Part shown: positions 37,762 to 49,702 of the stretch, one piece after another
Layout: the number at the start of each line of letters is the position of its first letter
How positions within the stretch are numbered: the first letter of the stretch is position 1
IMG/VR virus record: IMGVR_UViG_3300044957_000861
Span: 24,935 to 88,934 of that record
Reading direction: 5' to 3' (one strand)
Origin: a virus
DNA length: 64,000 bases
The notes under the pieces: model-generated
The model's database searches: none
What the model saw: the letters and a program-made list of their open reading frames with translations, nothing else
What the model was told of the DNA's origin: nothing
Translations under genes and position numbers: made by a program

Positions 37762-40700
37762 CTAAAATCTAGAGGCCAAATCAGAGTAAGGATCTTGACC
37801 CGCCATAGGAAGTCCATTGTACATAGTAGTGTTTATTGGTCCATCAACAACATCACCGAATAAACCTCTTAATCTATTTAAATCTTGTACAGAACCACTG
37901 GTATTTATTCTGTATTGCATACCTGAAACAGTTGGATTTAAAAACGATGCTTCTTGTGTTGCTGTATTTAAATCTGGATAACCTTCCTCATATGGATTAC
38001 CTCCTGGCATTAACGGTGGACCGGTTACTGCATTTTTTGTATGATCTTTTTTCTTTCTATTTTGATAAATAAAACTTCCAGCTATCAACGCAGCAGTTCC
38101 GACGGCAAATTGTTTAAATCCTCTTGAATCAACTATTTGCCTGAGGGAACTGGTATGGTCTCTCAGCATTTCTGATATTCTTCTGTAGGGACTTCTTGCC
38201 ACATCAATAACTGAAGGTATTGTGACAGAAGCTCCTGATGCAATATCGTCAGATATTCTTGCTGCGTCTTCTGGATCAAGAGGAATAGCGCTAGAAAGCC
38301 TGGCGCCTAAAGCGGTTGCCCTTTCTTCTATTTCTTTTTCAGCCAATATTCTGGTTCTTTTTGCGTGAGCTTCTACCGCCAGTCTGCTTGCCTCTTTTTT
38401 TTCTGTTGTTGCTAATCCAGTAACTGAATCAGTTTTTGAAACTAATCTCAAATAATCTAAAACATGTTGATCTGATGGAATACCAGGAGTAAGTAGTCGT
38501 TTTTGTCCGATTTTTAATTCTTTCTTCGTTTATATGAAGAATTCTTCTTGCTTCTTCTGCGCTAATATCCAGAATATTATCAGAAATTGATCCACCTAAA
38601 TCAGTCATTGCAGCTTTATCCATCAATGTCATTTTCCTAAAATTATCAAAATACCCAGACAAAATCGCTTCACCTCTAGGATCAAAACTGGTTAACCTAA
38701 GATTTTTTCTTGCCGCAGAAAGTTGCTGAAGTTGAATCATTAAATCTTCTTCACCCTCATGACCAGAATATTGCATAAGTCTTGAAGCTTTTGACCCATA
38801 TAAACCCTGCATTTCGGCTTCAAATGTTTCAACAATATCCAAAATATTTGCGCCACTTCCCCTATGAGCTTCCTGTATCACCCTAAGTCCTTTAGAAAGT
38901 TCTATTGATAATTCCGTTTTTAGCTGTTGAGATTTTGCCCTCATTGCTTTCTCTAATTTTTTTCCCGTAATAGCTTCGTTTTCCATATTATTTATTTCTG
39001 TAAACAAACTTCTTATTTTTTCAGTTCTAAGAAATCCCTTGGCTGAATCTGAATATCTAGGATCAGAAACAGATCTTAATAAAACCCTATTGCTTGTACT
39101 AGGTTTAGGAGCCTGACTCCTAAGATTTGCATCTCCAGCGATAGCAATTTCTCTGGCTTTAGTTATGGAGCCGTACCTGTCAATGCCTTTTTGAGACAAA
39201 GATAGTATTCTTTTTATCTGATCTATATCATTTACTTTAAGTTCGTCTATTTCGGACTGAACTTTAGCTAGGTCTGCACTTGACATGCCAGCGGCTCTTA
39301 GTTGAGTTATTACATCCTGATATTCTTCAACCATTGAATTTCTGAGTTCTAAAATATCATTTTTGATATTAAGTCTTCCTCCAGAGTCGAGAATTAGTGG
39401 ATCAAATCCTGGGAGATCTTCTGCACTCACCCCCAAAGCTATTCCCATAGCCCTTTGTCTAGCTAGTATTCTTCCTTGCTGTTCCACGGAAGCTCTTGCT
39501 ATCATACCTGGTGTAACAGAAATCTTGTGTAGATCTTCTGCCGTAGTGCTAGTTCCTGAAAATTTCGCAATTGTTTCGTATGCGGCCTTCATTTTCAAAA
39601 ATTCTGGAGATGAGGAACCAAGTTCTTTTTCCAATTCTCCGAGACTTGCAAGTTTGGTTGTACCACTCATTTGATTAATCAAGTCAACTATATCTGAAGG
39701 AGCTTTTACTCCTATCCCAAATCTTGCTACTCCTTCATCACCCAAAAGATCTTTGGTAATTTTTGCGCCAGGTCCAAACGTTGATTCCATTTTTTGATTT
39801 AGTGTGGTTTCAAAGTCTCTTACTTGTGGGGCAATATAGCTTGCCGAAGCCATTCGGTTAATCGTTAAACCAATTGAATTTTCTATATCATCCAATTTTT
39901 CTCCAGTACTTTGAAAAACATAATCAAGAAGCGTTTTTTCTCCTGCTGCTGCTACTTGATCAAAGTTAAGTCCAAGTTTTGCCCTCAACGCATCTCCTTC
40001 GGCAGATGTCTTAAAGAGTGTTCCAAGCTCGCTATCATCTAAATCTGTAATCCCCAGTGAATCAAGAAGTTGTTGTTTTACTGGTTTTAGTGAACTAGAT
40101 GAAACTTGATCTGCCGAACTTTGTAATTCTATGCGATATCTATCTGCATAAGGTGCACCTCTTTCTGGGCTTAAAGTTTTTAATGCGCCAATCGGTAACC
40201 CATCTTCGTCAAGAACATCAAGACCTCTTATGGCAGCTGACTGTCGCTCTGTTAGGGCATCTAAAAGATTTGTGTCTATTGAAGGTATTAATGCTCTATC
40301 AACACCCAATCTTTCCCCGTACATTCCTTCCCTGATTATCCTAACAGTTGCTTCAAGGCCAACATTTGCTTCCGCACCCATTCTAGATTTAATGCCTGTC
40401 AGTGTTTCCTGTAGTACTCTTTCGTCAATTCCTTTATCACCCCTTATAATATTTAGGGCGACATTTACGATATCAAGAGCCTCATTTTGACCTATGCCCG
40501 CCTCATTACTTACTCTTGTTGCCAAAGAAGATATGTCCAAAGAAGTTGCTGACGCAACTTGTTTAGAAATTTTATCTGAATCACCAATAAACATTGCCCT
40601 AAGTGTTTCTACGTGCGATAATTTTGGGCGCATCAATATTGATTCCTGATAACCTTTCGGGTCACGCATTACTACGGCAGCTATCCTAGTCCTTCCTTGT

Positions 40701-43057
40701 GCGTCAACGTATGTTCTTAAAATGGGCAAAACAGAGTCGTCAAGGTCAAACGTACCCTCAGCCGCCTTATAGGTAGAGGTAATGGAATCAGAAACTATCA
40801 TCTGCTTACCGCTAACCAAAAAATCAACCGCTGGCAGAGACGTTTTTTTGCCTGCAGAGTCAAACACATCCACGTGAGAAATAGATGGATACTCCACTTC
40901 AGTTAGTGGTTCTAGCAAGCTGCTTCTTGTCGCAATTTTATATCTAAGGGCGTCTGGTATTCTTGTTGCAATTATCCCTTCTTTTGTCATAAAAGCTTCA
41001 CTGATATGATAATTTGAAATCATGTTGACTAACGCTGGTATTCTTCTTGGATCAACTCCACTTCTTAAAGCTTGCGATATTTCAATTACCTGTTTTCTTC
41101 TTATCAACTCAAGAGCCCTTGTGGTTGGATCCATGCCGTCAAGTACCATAGTAGCTTCACGCCTTATTCTGCCTAAAACTTCTTCTGGTATTTCTCCAGT
41201 CTCCATAAATTTTTGTGCTGCGCGTACCTCTGAATCTATCATTGCTTGAATTCTTTTTTGAGCAGTAGCACTCATTAGAAATTCTGGATCATTTAGTAAT
41301 AGCATGTCTTCTACATATACTTGACTGCCTTTTTTAATAGCTATGTTTCCTGCCATACCATGAGTTGATGTAACTGTTTCTCTTTTTAAGGCAGACTTAT
41401 CTGCTACAGTTATTTTTCCAGAAAAAAATTCCTGTAGTTCTAGCATTCGTCTAAGATAATCATACGATCTTTTTTGTTCGTCAGTAAGAGAATCGTATCC
41501 ATCTATATCAAGTTCTTGTAGCATTTCAATAATTCCCGAAAGATCTCCTCGTTTCATTCCTAAGATATCTTCACTACTTTTAACTGCCGCCTCACCTTTT
41601 AGACCTCCAACTCCTGGAATTGAAACTCTAAAAGGATTTCTGTCTCCAGATTTAATAGAAGTTTGCAATGCTTCAAGTTCGTTTTCAAGTTCTCTGATAT
41701 TTGACAGATCTTCAGGCGTGACTATTCCACTTGATTTAATATCTTGAATTTGCTTTTGTTTAACAAGTATAATTCTTCTCATCGTTTCTGCAATCTGTAT
41801 GTAGTGGCCATCCACCGAAGACACCGCCGCTGCCTCTAATTTTTCGTCTACAATTTTTCTTAACTCTGGAGAAAGATACCTTCCCTGAATAATTTCAAGT
41901 AGACTACCAGATCTTCCTCTTTGTTTTTCTTCAAAGGCGGTGTTGATAACGGCTCTTAGTTCGGAAGATAAACCTACAAAAGCGTCTGGAACATGAGTCG
42001 ATGTTACTCCACTGATACTGGTTGTCACCCTCAATTGTAACTGCTCTTCAAGTAGCTGAAATGCAACTTCTGCAGCGGATTCAGCTTTCCTTGGAACAAA
42101 AATGTTTTCAGATAAATGTGATACTGGCATTCCAGTAGTTATAAAGCCAATATCAGCCTGTTCAGCCGCCTTCAAAGCTGGGGCAATAACAACCTTTTCT
42201 GGATCAGGGAGAGAATCATACCCGCCAGCTATTGTTTGCAACATGGCTTCTACGCGGTCATACATAAAATATGGATTGCTGTCAATATTACCCGCATCAA
42301 TTAGTTCTTGAATCATTTGATTTCCAACAGAAACATCTCTAGAAGAAAACATCGACTGATATCTTTTGGACATTTTACCAACGATTTTTCCTATTCCTTT
42401 TAGAGCATCAGTTTCTTCATCTTTGCTAGTTGCCGAAGAAAGCGCTTGTCCTAAAAAAGAAAAAAACTCATCTACTGTATCAGACTTGAATATTTTTGTA
42501 CCAGACAACTGCTTTAATATTTCTTGCTGCGCACGAGAAAGAGTTAGCGTCGCTCCAGAACTTGTAACTGCCTGACTAAGACTAAACAGTTGGAGTCCAC
42601 CATCAGTAAGAACAACCTCTCCTGGCATATGTTCAGAGATAGTCCTTTGAATATTTTCTACTGCCGATACTTTATTCTTCGTATCAAATAAAACCATTCT
42701 TCCAGAAACAGAACCACCAGAAAGATCCTCTAGTCCATGTAAAGCCAAAGTTGCTCTGTTAGCTGGATCAGATAAATAAGTATTAAGTTTAACTACTCTG
42801 TCTGCATTGATGCTGGATCCAGTTATTCTTCCTGTGGTTATGTTTCCTGATTTATCAATCTCTCGAAAATCTGCTATTCTCAAAATATCTGCATATGCTA
42901 ATGCTCTGTCAAATGCTCCTGGTCCCTCAAAAGTTTGTCCAGTAACAATATTAATAAATTTTATTTTTCCATCAATTTCTTCTACTTTTGTTATTGAATA
43001 CGATGGAAATCTAGACAAAATTGCTCTCGTTGATTTAAGCTTGCTGCTTTCTGGCAT
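37762..43057 (-). CDS. Large putative ejected/virion protein (~1764 aa) with possible two-barrel-polymerase-like motifs and C-terminal hydrophobic helix; joined by +1 shift at CGG 38507-38509
   Basis: AAA AAT [C]GGA CAA AAA CGA..TTG AGA TTA GTT joins ORF 38429..43057 to 37762..38451. Lies next to the tape-measure-like gene. Confidence 0.7.
38506..38509 (-). other. +1 recoding site 5: AAT-C-GGA (codon 1517)
   Basis: In-frame CGG; +1-frame TAA eight codons upstream; 0-frame continues only ~25 codons. Confidence 0.8.
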
Positions 43058-43058
43058 G

Positions 43059-46000
43059 CTACATTACCCCTGATGATATATTTATTGATGAACTTCCAGT
43101 TCCATTAGCCACTGGATATACGCTTCCAGATATTCCATTTCTAGACATAATCATCCTTAGTCTGGCGGCAACCATTCTAGGATCTTCAGTCCTTGAAAGC
43201 CCTGGATAGCTTGGATTGGTTAAATTTGCTTCCCTTATCTGCTGTGGATAGTAACCCATTTGAGACAGATTTATTCCCATTGATTGACCTATTTTAACTT
43301 TAACATGCTCCATATTTGTGTTTGGATGCCAACCTTCCCATCCCATGTCTGGAAGCTCATGTCTTGAAAAATATTCAATTAAATCTGGTTTTTTTTCTAC
43401 TTGCATACCCCAAGCTGCTTCATATATTCTTCTTTCTAATCTCGGAGCTGTAGATAGAATTCTTTTTCTTTCTTCTGGATCTTGCTCTTCTATCATAGCC
43501 CTAAAGTGTTCTCTTTTTCTTTTTGGAATAGATAATGAAAGTGTGTCAACAGAACCCCCATATATATCTGCTCCATACATAGTTCTCTTTGCGGCTTGAG
43601 AAAATTGCGCAGCTGCTTGCATGTCTCCAGACTCCGCTGCTTGTGTGGACAAAAATCTATTTTTTACATATGACAATATGTCAACGTATTCCTCTAGTGC
43701 TAACTGTTTTTTCCTTTCTTTTGGAATAAATCTTTCTCCAGTAATGAGCTCTTTAGTATTTTGTATTGTTGAGTATGCAATTCCAGTAGACAATCCTATT
43801 GTTGCCCCCAATGCTTTAGTTGGCGCAGTCTTTCCAAACATAGATCCAACTGCAGCCATAATTAACCCAGATGCAACTGGATTCCTTTGAGTTGATTTGT
43901 CGTATATTGGTTTTATGAAACTTTCTATTGGTCTTTGCCATTCTGGAAATGTTGATCCATAAACATTTCTTCTTTCCCAGTCTTCTTGCGCTGTTCTATT
44001 TGGAAAAAATTTTGTATTTATAAATGTATCTCTATGGGCTAAATATTCGCCCATTCTTAAAACTGATGCTATTGGCTCACTTGTGCCAAGTTCTTCTGCT
44101 GTTTTACCTTTATATTTATAGGGCCTAAAAGTATTTCTCTTTGTTGTTTCAGAGACTTGTGCTCTTATTCTTTCAACTTCTACTCTTTGAGAAGGATCAA
44201 GACCACCCATGTTTAGCGTTCTGTCTAGTGACCTAAACTCCCTAGAATACGGTGCCACGTCTGCAAGAATGTCCAACTGCGTAACGGGGTCAGTGTAGTC
44301 TCTTTTTGTTGGGTTTAACCTTTCAAAGGTAACACCTGGCAATCTTAATTCGCCTTCTTGAACTTTAGTAAATGGATCGCCAGTTTTAAAATTTATAAAA
44401 TAGTCAGACCCTGGCAAAAATGGATACTTAATGCCCATTGTATTAGCAATTGGATTAAGGTAATTTATGTTTGTTCTTTCTTTAGGAATGAATCTTCTTG
44501 TTATTTCAGATAATTCCATTCCTGATTCTGATGGAGCGTCACCTAAACCACCAAGATTAAGATCCCAAAAAGATCTTCCAATTCCATAAGCCTTAGAAGC
44601 TGATTGAAGGACTGGTGCAGTTGGCTCAAAATCCGAACTGCCAAATCCAAAAGATTGTCTAAGATTTGCAAATCCAAAACCATACAAGCCAGCCATTTCT
44701 TGAGTTCTGTATCCAAGCTCAGATGTCTGAAATCTGAGACTTCCTTGCGATATTGGAGGCGCTGCAGAAACGATATTTGGTGGGATATATCCTGGAACGG
44801 GAGGAGGTCCATATAGCATTTGGGCACCAACCATTTGCTGCTGACCCCCTTGAAAACCTGCACGACTTGCATTAACATAGTTGGCGTTTGTTGATCCAAT
44901 TGTATTAAACGAAATATTCCTAGCTGTGTTTAATGGTTGAACATTTAATGATATTTGATTGTTATAGTTTCCTATCTGAAGACCCACAACGTTTGAGGAT
45001 CCAAAATATTGTGGATCAGACGCACCAGAAACTGACGCACCCATAACTGGAGCAACTCTACCAGAAGACACTAAACCAGATGGATTATATGCTCCAGCAT
45101 TACCGGCTGGAATATATTGGGAAAGCGATTGTTTGACCTCTTGATCGTGCATCTTAACCTGTGGTTTTAGCACTTTTCCAACAGTCATGTTGAGCAATGG
45201 TGTTATTGGACCAAATGATCCACTAAAATATTCTCCAGTTACTGGGTATGGTCTATCATAATAATGTTCTCTTTCAAATCTATACGGATCAAACGGACGA
45301 AGTGGCGAAAAATCATATCCATACGCAAATCTTTCAAGCGGAGAACCAAAAGCATCAGACGTGTAAGTTGATCCTGATGCTAGCCTTCTGTAATAAGAAG
45401 GCCTGTAGTACATTGTTTTTCCGCCCTCAAATGGAGTAACTCCAAGCGGCCAGTATCTACCCTGTTTAACGGGAACTTCACCTCGTAATAATTGTTCTCT
45501 TTTTTCTGTGTAACTCATTCCACCTGGAGTTATTCCAGAAAAAGCAGATTGAGCTTCTACTGCTCCTCTAGCAATTTTTGTAGTAAAAAATGGAGAGTAA
45601 ACCCTTTCTCCCCTTTGATCCTTTTCGTTTACCATTCCACCAATGGTTCTATCAACGGTCATTAATGTGGCTGCCCCTGCAGCTAATGGAAGAACTCTTT
45701 TAAGTCCATATCCGCCAAAGAAAGCTCCGATAGGTCCGCCATACTCCTCATGCTGCAAACCCAGCCCTACTGTTTCAAAGTACCTATTTAATCTTTCCGA
45801 CAAGTGAATAGATGGAATTGATGCTGAACTATATGAATCCGTGTCTCTATACGAGGAAAAACCTAAAACACTTTTTGTAACTCTTCCAGCTGTTGTTTGC
45901 CCGCTTCCGATTCTATCCAGCACAGTGCCAAACGTGGGAACAAAAGTGGTTCCAATATTTCCAAGCGGATTGACTGCATTTGGACCCAGTTCATACGGTG

Positions 46001-49000
46001 CAAATCCTAAATTTCTTTTTATTGTTGGTCTTATTAGATTTGCAATTCTTCCAGCGCCATGCGCATCTATATTTGAAATTGATTGTGTTGAAAATGGAGA
46101 TAAAAAACTCTTAAGTGTATTTGCAAAAATTGGATTTGATTCTTTTTCTCCTATCAAAAACCCCAAAGACTTGCTTGCTATTCTTCCTCTTTGAAGAGAA
46201 GAAGAATAATTGTTGTATGCACTTAATTCAAGTATTGTCCCCAGAGCTGCAGCTCTTGCTTCAGTTAATTGTGCGGCAGATATTTGACCAGATTCTCGAA
46301 GATTTTTTAATACCTCTTCTATTTTGTTTGCTATTTCTACTGGGTTTCCACCAAAATCATCCCCATATGCTGCCATTTCCACATTAAATTTGTGGATCAT
46401 ATTTCTCAAAAAGTCTTGCCTGGTTGTAATTGTGGTATTTTTTGTTGTTGTTATGTAGGTAGAAGTTGCTGCAGATTCTTCTATCATTCTGTCTAAAGCT
46501 CTAGCTGCCCTGCTCAAGCCAGTTATATCTATGTCACGAGCCCTCAATGTAGACTTGGATGTTTCAAATTGTGCTAAAACTCTTCTTCCAACATCTATAA
46601 GATCATTACCAGAAGAACCAGAAACCCTAAGATCGTCGGCAATGCCTAGCGCTTCCTCAATTCCAGCCATTGATCTTATATCCGTTGCTTTGCCCTGAGA
46701 TGATATTCTCAGATTTTCAAATGCTTCAGCGGTTTCATCTGGACCAAATACTACGGCTCCAGTTTCATCAACTACTTGCGGCAGTCCTTCATCATTTCTA
46801 TCAAGAATAATGGCTTTACCGGCCCTTAGCCTTATCTCTCCATTATCAATAAGACGTGCAAGAGTTGATTCGTTTCTTATGTCAGTTTTTCTACCTAAAA
46901 ATCTTCCTATTCTTCTTGTAATAGAATTTGGTTGCTCTTCATCTATATCAAAAGCTGATCTTACTTTTTCACCCCTTGAAATTTCTTCACCAGTTGCTTC
47001 AGCAATAAGTTCAGAATCTCTATATGATCGACGACCTGTTGCTAATCTTGTTGCTCTTGCATAAATATCTGTATCTATAGAAGAAATGGGTTTGAACAAT
47101 CCAGGAATTTGTTTTATTGCATCTTCTTCAAAGCCTTCTCGTACAGAAAATAACTTACCTACAGAACCAAACATTCCTCCTTTTTGCTTAACCCATGCAA
47201 AAACCTGTGCGTTCTCGCCATCACCAGCTAAAAAATCTTGCCTAGATACACCTGGCAAAAATTGTATTTCTTGAAACGGATCAGTTCTTCTTGGCCCACC
47301 AAGACCAATCATTTGTAGTGGATTGAATTTTACAAAAGGAACACCAAAATCTTGAGATATTTTTTTAAGCGTTCTTTGTGAAGCTACAGTTATTGGTGTA
47401 GTATCTATTATATTTCCACTAGCGCTCTCATAAACACCTCTGACCGTAGAAAAACCAATTGCTCTTGAAACAGGGTCTTGCATTGCTATTTCTCCAAACA
47501 GACTCCTTGCTTCTACTGATTCTGATGGTGAGAGACTAGAAAATACACCTCTGTCAAAGGCCTGGTCTACGGTTACCTGTTTTAATCCAAATAAATTAAA
47601 CCCACCAACATCCGATGGTCTTGTCATCATCTTTTGATCTATCAGGAAACTTCTTAACTGTTCCACATTAGAAGAATCTATTCCCCTTTTAGCGAGTTCG
47701 CTAGAAACTGTTACACTATCTACCAAACTTCCAACGCCACCAATAAAATCACTGCCTAAACTATTAATTAATTTAATGCCAAGTCTTTGAGCTACACTTC
47801 TAGCAAGATAATCAATTTTTGTTGGATTAGTGCTTTCAGCAAAATCAGAATATAAAGCTTTTTGTGGTTTAACCAGGGCAGACGCAGCTGGTACTATTAT
47901 GTTTCTTCTGACGTTTTCGTAGGCGAGGGATGCTCTTTGAACTAAAGTTCTTCTAAAAACTTCATCTTGAAAAACTGCATCAACTGTAGCAAAAGCCTGC
48001 TTAACCTGATTCGCATCAAGGGCTCTGCCCCTGTTTTTTAATTCCTTATTTGCTCTATTAACTAATATTCTAAAAAAGTCTTCATCGTTATCAGAAGTAG
48101 AATTTATTCTGGATATTCCAAAAGTAACTCTTTGTGATATGTTTTTTGATGTATTTAAACCAGATATTTTTAGCCCAGAAACCATGTTCTTGGCAGATGC
48201 TGGGTCTGCTCCAAGCTCAACAAGTTTTTCTTGAACCATGCTTGCGTATTCATTTGACTCAAATGCAAAACTAAAACTACCCCTTGAATCAGGTTCGTTT
48301 GCGCCTTCAAGATTTGGAATATCTTTTGATCTTAGTGCTCCTTGCACAAATTGAGCTATTCTACTTCTATGTTGTTTTCTAATATCAGAAATCGTTGAAT
48401 TTAAAACTCTTGCTGCTTCTACTGGATCTGACGAACCTGCCCTTAGGGCATCATCGTAAGTCATCGTTCCATGCACTACATCATATGCTCTTTTGGCTGA
48501 GAAAAAGTTCTTAGTAAACGCTCTTCCACCTACAACAAGCCCCCTTATTGAGGGAATGCCATCAAGTGCTCCAAGTGTTTCCGTATCGGAATTGCCAAAA
48601 ATGTAAGCGCTTGCTACTTTTGCGCTTCTTTTAAGCCTTGTTTCTCCTGCTGCCACTGATGCTGTACGTGCCGCTGAAGCACCCACTCTTGCTTGGCGAA
48701 GAGCATGTACTAATCCACCACCAGCTCTCATCTCTTTTTCTTGCACTGCCGTGCTAAATGCGTAACCAGCCGAAGAAGATATTCTTGATGCTTGGGCTAA
48801 AAGATATTCAGAATCTTGACCAAATGATCTCAATACTGTTTTTATATCTGCAAAAGATTGACCAGCTCTCCTTTGTTTAGGCGTTAAAGGAAAATCATAG
48901 TCTAAATATTGATAGTCAACAAGAGACTTAATTCTTTGTGCTGCTGCTCCAGCCAAACCCTGTGGCAACATCATTGTTGTAATGTTGATGGTTGATCTCT

Positions 49001-49688
49001 TTACAAAATCCGTTATAACATCTACCGGATTATACCACTTGACTTTATCTTTTTCATCTGGCTGTCCCAATAGCGGATCAGTAAACGCCTTTTGCACGAA
49101 GTATGCCGTAGGCAATGTTAAGGGTAAAGTCCTAGCGGTTCTTGCTAACCTTTGTTGTATCTCATCCCTGTAATCCCATACAGCAACTGGTTCCCTTCCG
49201 GCATTTAGGGATCTATATTCAGATGATGACATCCATCTTGCACCATCTGAAACATAAGTATCGCCAGTAAGCTTTGTTAGCGTTGGTTTTATTATTTTTC
49301 CGTCAGCGGATCTATTAATCAGCCTTTCATATGGATCAATTCCATCGGCAACGAATCTATTAAGCCCTTCTAATTCATCTAGTGTTTTCTTTATTTGAGA
49401 AGCTGTTTCTACAAACTTTCTACCAAGTCTTGACCCAGAATCGGCGGATCTTTGAATTGTATCAAGTAACTTTATTCCTCCCTTGCTAAACATTTTGCTT
49501 GCAGCGTAAGTACCAACAAGACTGATTGTAGTAGAGGCAACGAATTTAAGAATTGGCTTGTCGTCCAAAGCCTTTGATAACAGACCAGAATTTGGATTTG
49601 GCTTTGTTTCCTCTTTGTTTGCGTTAGGGATATCTCTGGAAGTTATTCCATAGCCAACGTTTACGAGAGAAGATCTGTCTCTAAACAT
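43059..49688 (-). CDS. Tape-measure-like protein (2209 aa)
   Basis: Directly downstream of two tail chaperones; Ala/Gly/Arg-rich helical sequence with hydrophobic Gly-rich segments (GLIMAAVGSMFG..LGATIGLSTG). Confidence 0.65.
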   Translation of the reverse strand: MFRDRSSLVNVGYGITSRDIPNANKEETKPNPNSGLLSKALDDKPILKFVASTTISLVGTYAASKMFSKGGIKLLDTIQRSADSGSRLGRKFVETASQIKKTLDELEGLNRFVADGIDPYERLINRSADGKIIKPTLTKLTGDTYVSDGARWMSSSEYRSLNAGREPVAVWDYRDEIQQRLARTARTLPLTLPTAYFVQKAFTDPLLGQPDEKDKVKWYNPVDVITDFVKRSTINITTMMLPQGLAGAAAQRIKSLVDYQYLDYDFPLTPKQRRAGQSFADIKTVLRSFGQDSEYLLAQASRISSSAGYAFSTAVQEKEMRAGGGLVHALRQARVGASAARTASVAAGETRLKRSAKVASAYIFGNSDTETLGALDGIPSIRGLVVGGRAFTKNFFSAKRAYDVVHGTMTYDDALRAGSSDPVEAARVLNSTISDIRKQHRSRIAQFVQGALRSKDIPNLEGANEPDSRGSFSFAFESNEYASMVQEKLVELGADPASAKNMVSGLKISGLNTSKNISQRVTFGISRINSTSDNDEDFFRILVNRANKELKNRGRALDANQVKQAFATVDAVFQDEVFRRTLVQRASLAYENVRRNIIVPAASALVKPQKALYSDFAESTNPTKIDYLARSVAQRLGIKLINSLGSDFIGGVGSLVDSVTVSSELAKRGIDSSNVEQLRSFLIDQKMMTRPSDVGGFNLFGLKQVTVDQAFDRGVFSSLSPSESVEARSLFGEIAMQDPVSRAIGFSTVRGVYESASGNIIDTTPITVASQRTLKKISQDFGVPFVKFNPLQMIGLGGPRRTDPFQEIQFLPGVSRQDFLAGDGENAQVFAWVKQKGGMFGSVGKLFSVREGFEEDAIKQIPGLFKPISSIDTDIYARATRLATGRRSYRDSELIAEATGEEISRGEKVRSAFDIDEEQPNSITRRIGRFLGRKTDIRNESTLARLIDNGEIRLRAGKAIILDRNDEGLPQVVDETGAVVFGPDETAEAFENLRISSQGKATDIRSMAGIEEALGIADDLRVSGSSGNDLIDVGRRVLAQFETSKSTLRARDIDITGLSRAARALDRMIEESAATSTYITTTKNTTITTRQDFLRNMIHKFNVEMAAYGDDFGGNPVEIANKIEEVLKNLRESGQISAAQLTEARAAALGTILELSAYNNYSSSLQRGRIASKSLGFLIGEKESNPIFANTLKSFLSPFSTQSISNIDAHGAGRIANLIRPTIKRNLGFAPYELGPNAVNPLGNIGTTFVPTFGTVLDRIGSGQTTAGRVTKSVLGFSSYRDTDSYSSASIPSIHLSERLNRYFETVGLGLQHEEYGGPIGAFFGGYGLKRVLPLAAGAATLMTVDRTIGGMVNEKDQRGERVYSPFFTTKIARGAVEAQSAFSGITPGGMSYTEKREQLLRGEVPVKQGRYWPLGVTPFEGGKTMYYRPSYYRRLASGSTYTSDAFGSPLERFAYGYDFSPLRPFDPYRFEREHYYDRPYPVTGEYFSGSFGPITPLLNMTVGKVLKPQVKMHDQEVKQSLSQYIPAGNAGAYNPSGLVSSGRVAPVMGASVSGASDPQYFGSSNVVGLQIGNYNNQISLNVQPLNTARNISFNTIGSTNANYVNASRAGFQGGQQQMVGAQMLYGPPPVPGYIPPNIVSAAPPISQGSLRFQTSELGYRTQEMAGLYGFGFANLRQSFGFGSSDFEPTAPVLQSASKAYGIGRSFWDLNLGGLGDAPSESGMELSEITRRFIPKERTNINYLNPIANTMGIKYPFLPGSDYFINFKTGDPFTKVQEGELRLPGVTFERLNPTKRDYTDPVTQLDILADVAPYSREFRSLDRTLNMGGLDPSQRVEVERIRAQVSETTKRNTFRPYKYKGKTAEELGTSEPIASVLRMGEYLAHRDTFINTKFFPNRTAQEDWERRNVYGSTFPEWQRPIESFIKPIYDKSTQRNPVASGLIMAAVGSMFGKTAPTKALGATIGLSTGIAYSTIQNTKELITGERFIPKERKKQLALEEYVDILSYVKNRFLSTQAAESGDMQAAAQFSQAAKRTMYGADIYGGSVDTLSLSIPKRKREHFRAMIEEQDPEERKRILSTAPRLERRIYEAAWGMQVEKKPDLIEYFSRHELPDMGWEGWHPNTNMEHVKVKIGQSMGINLSQMGYYPQQIREANLTNPSYPGLSRTEDPRMVAARLRMIMSRNGISGSVYPVANGTGSSSINISSGVM

Positions 49689-49702
49689 TTATTCCCCTTT
49701 TA

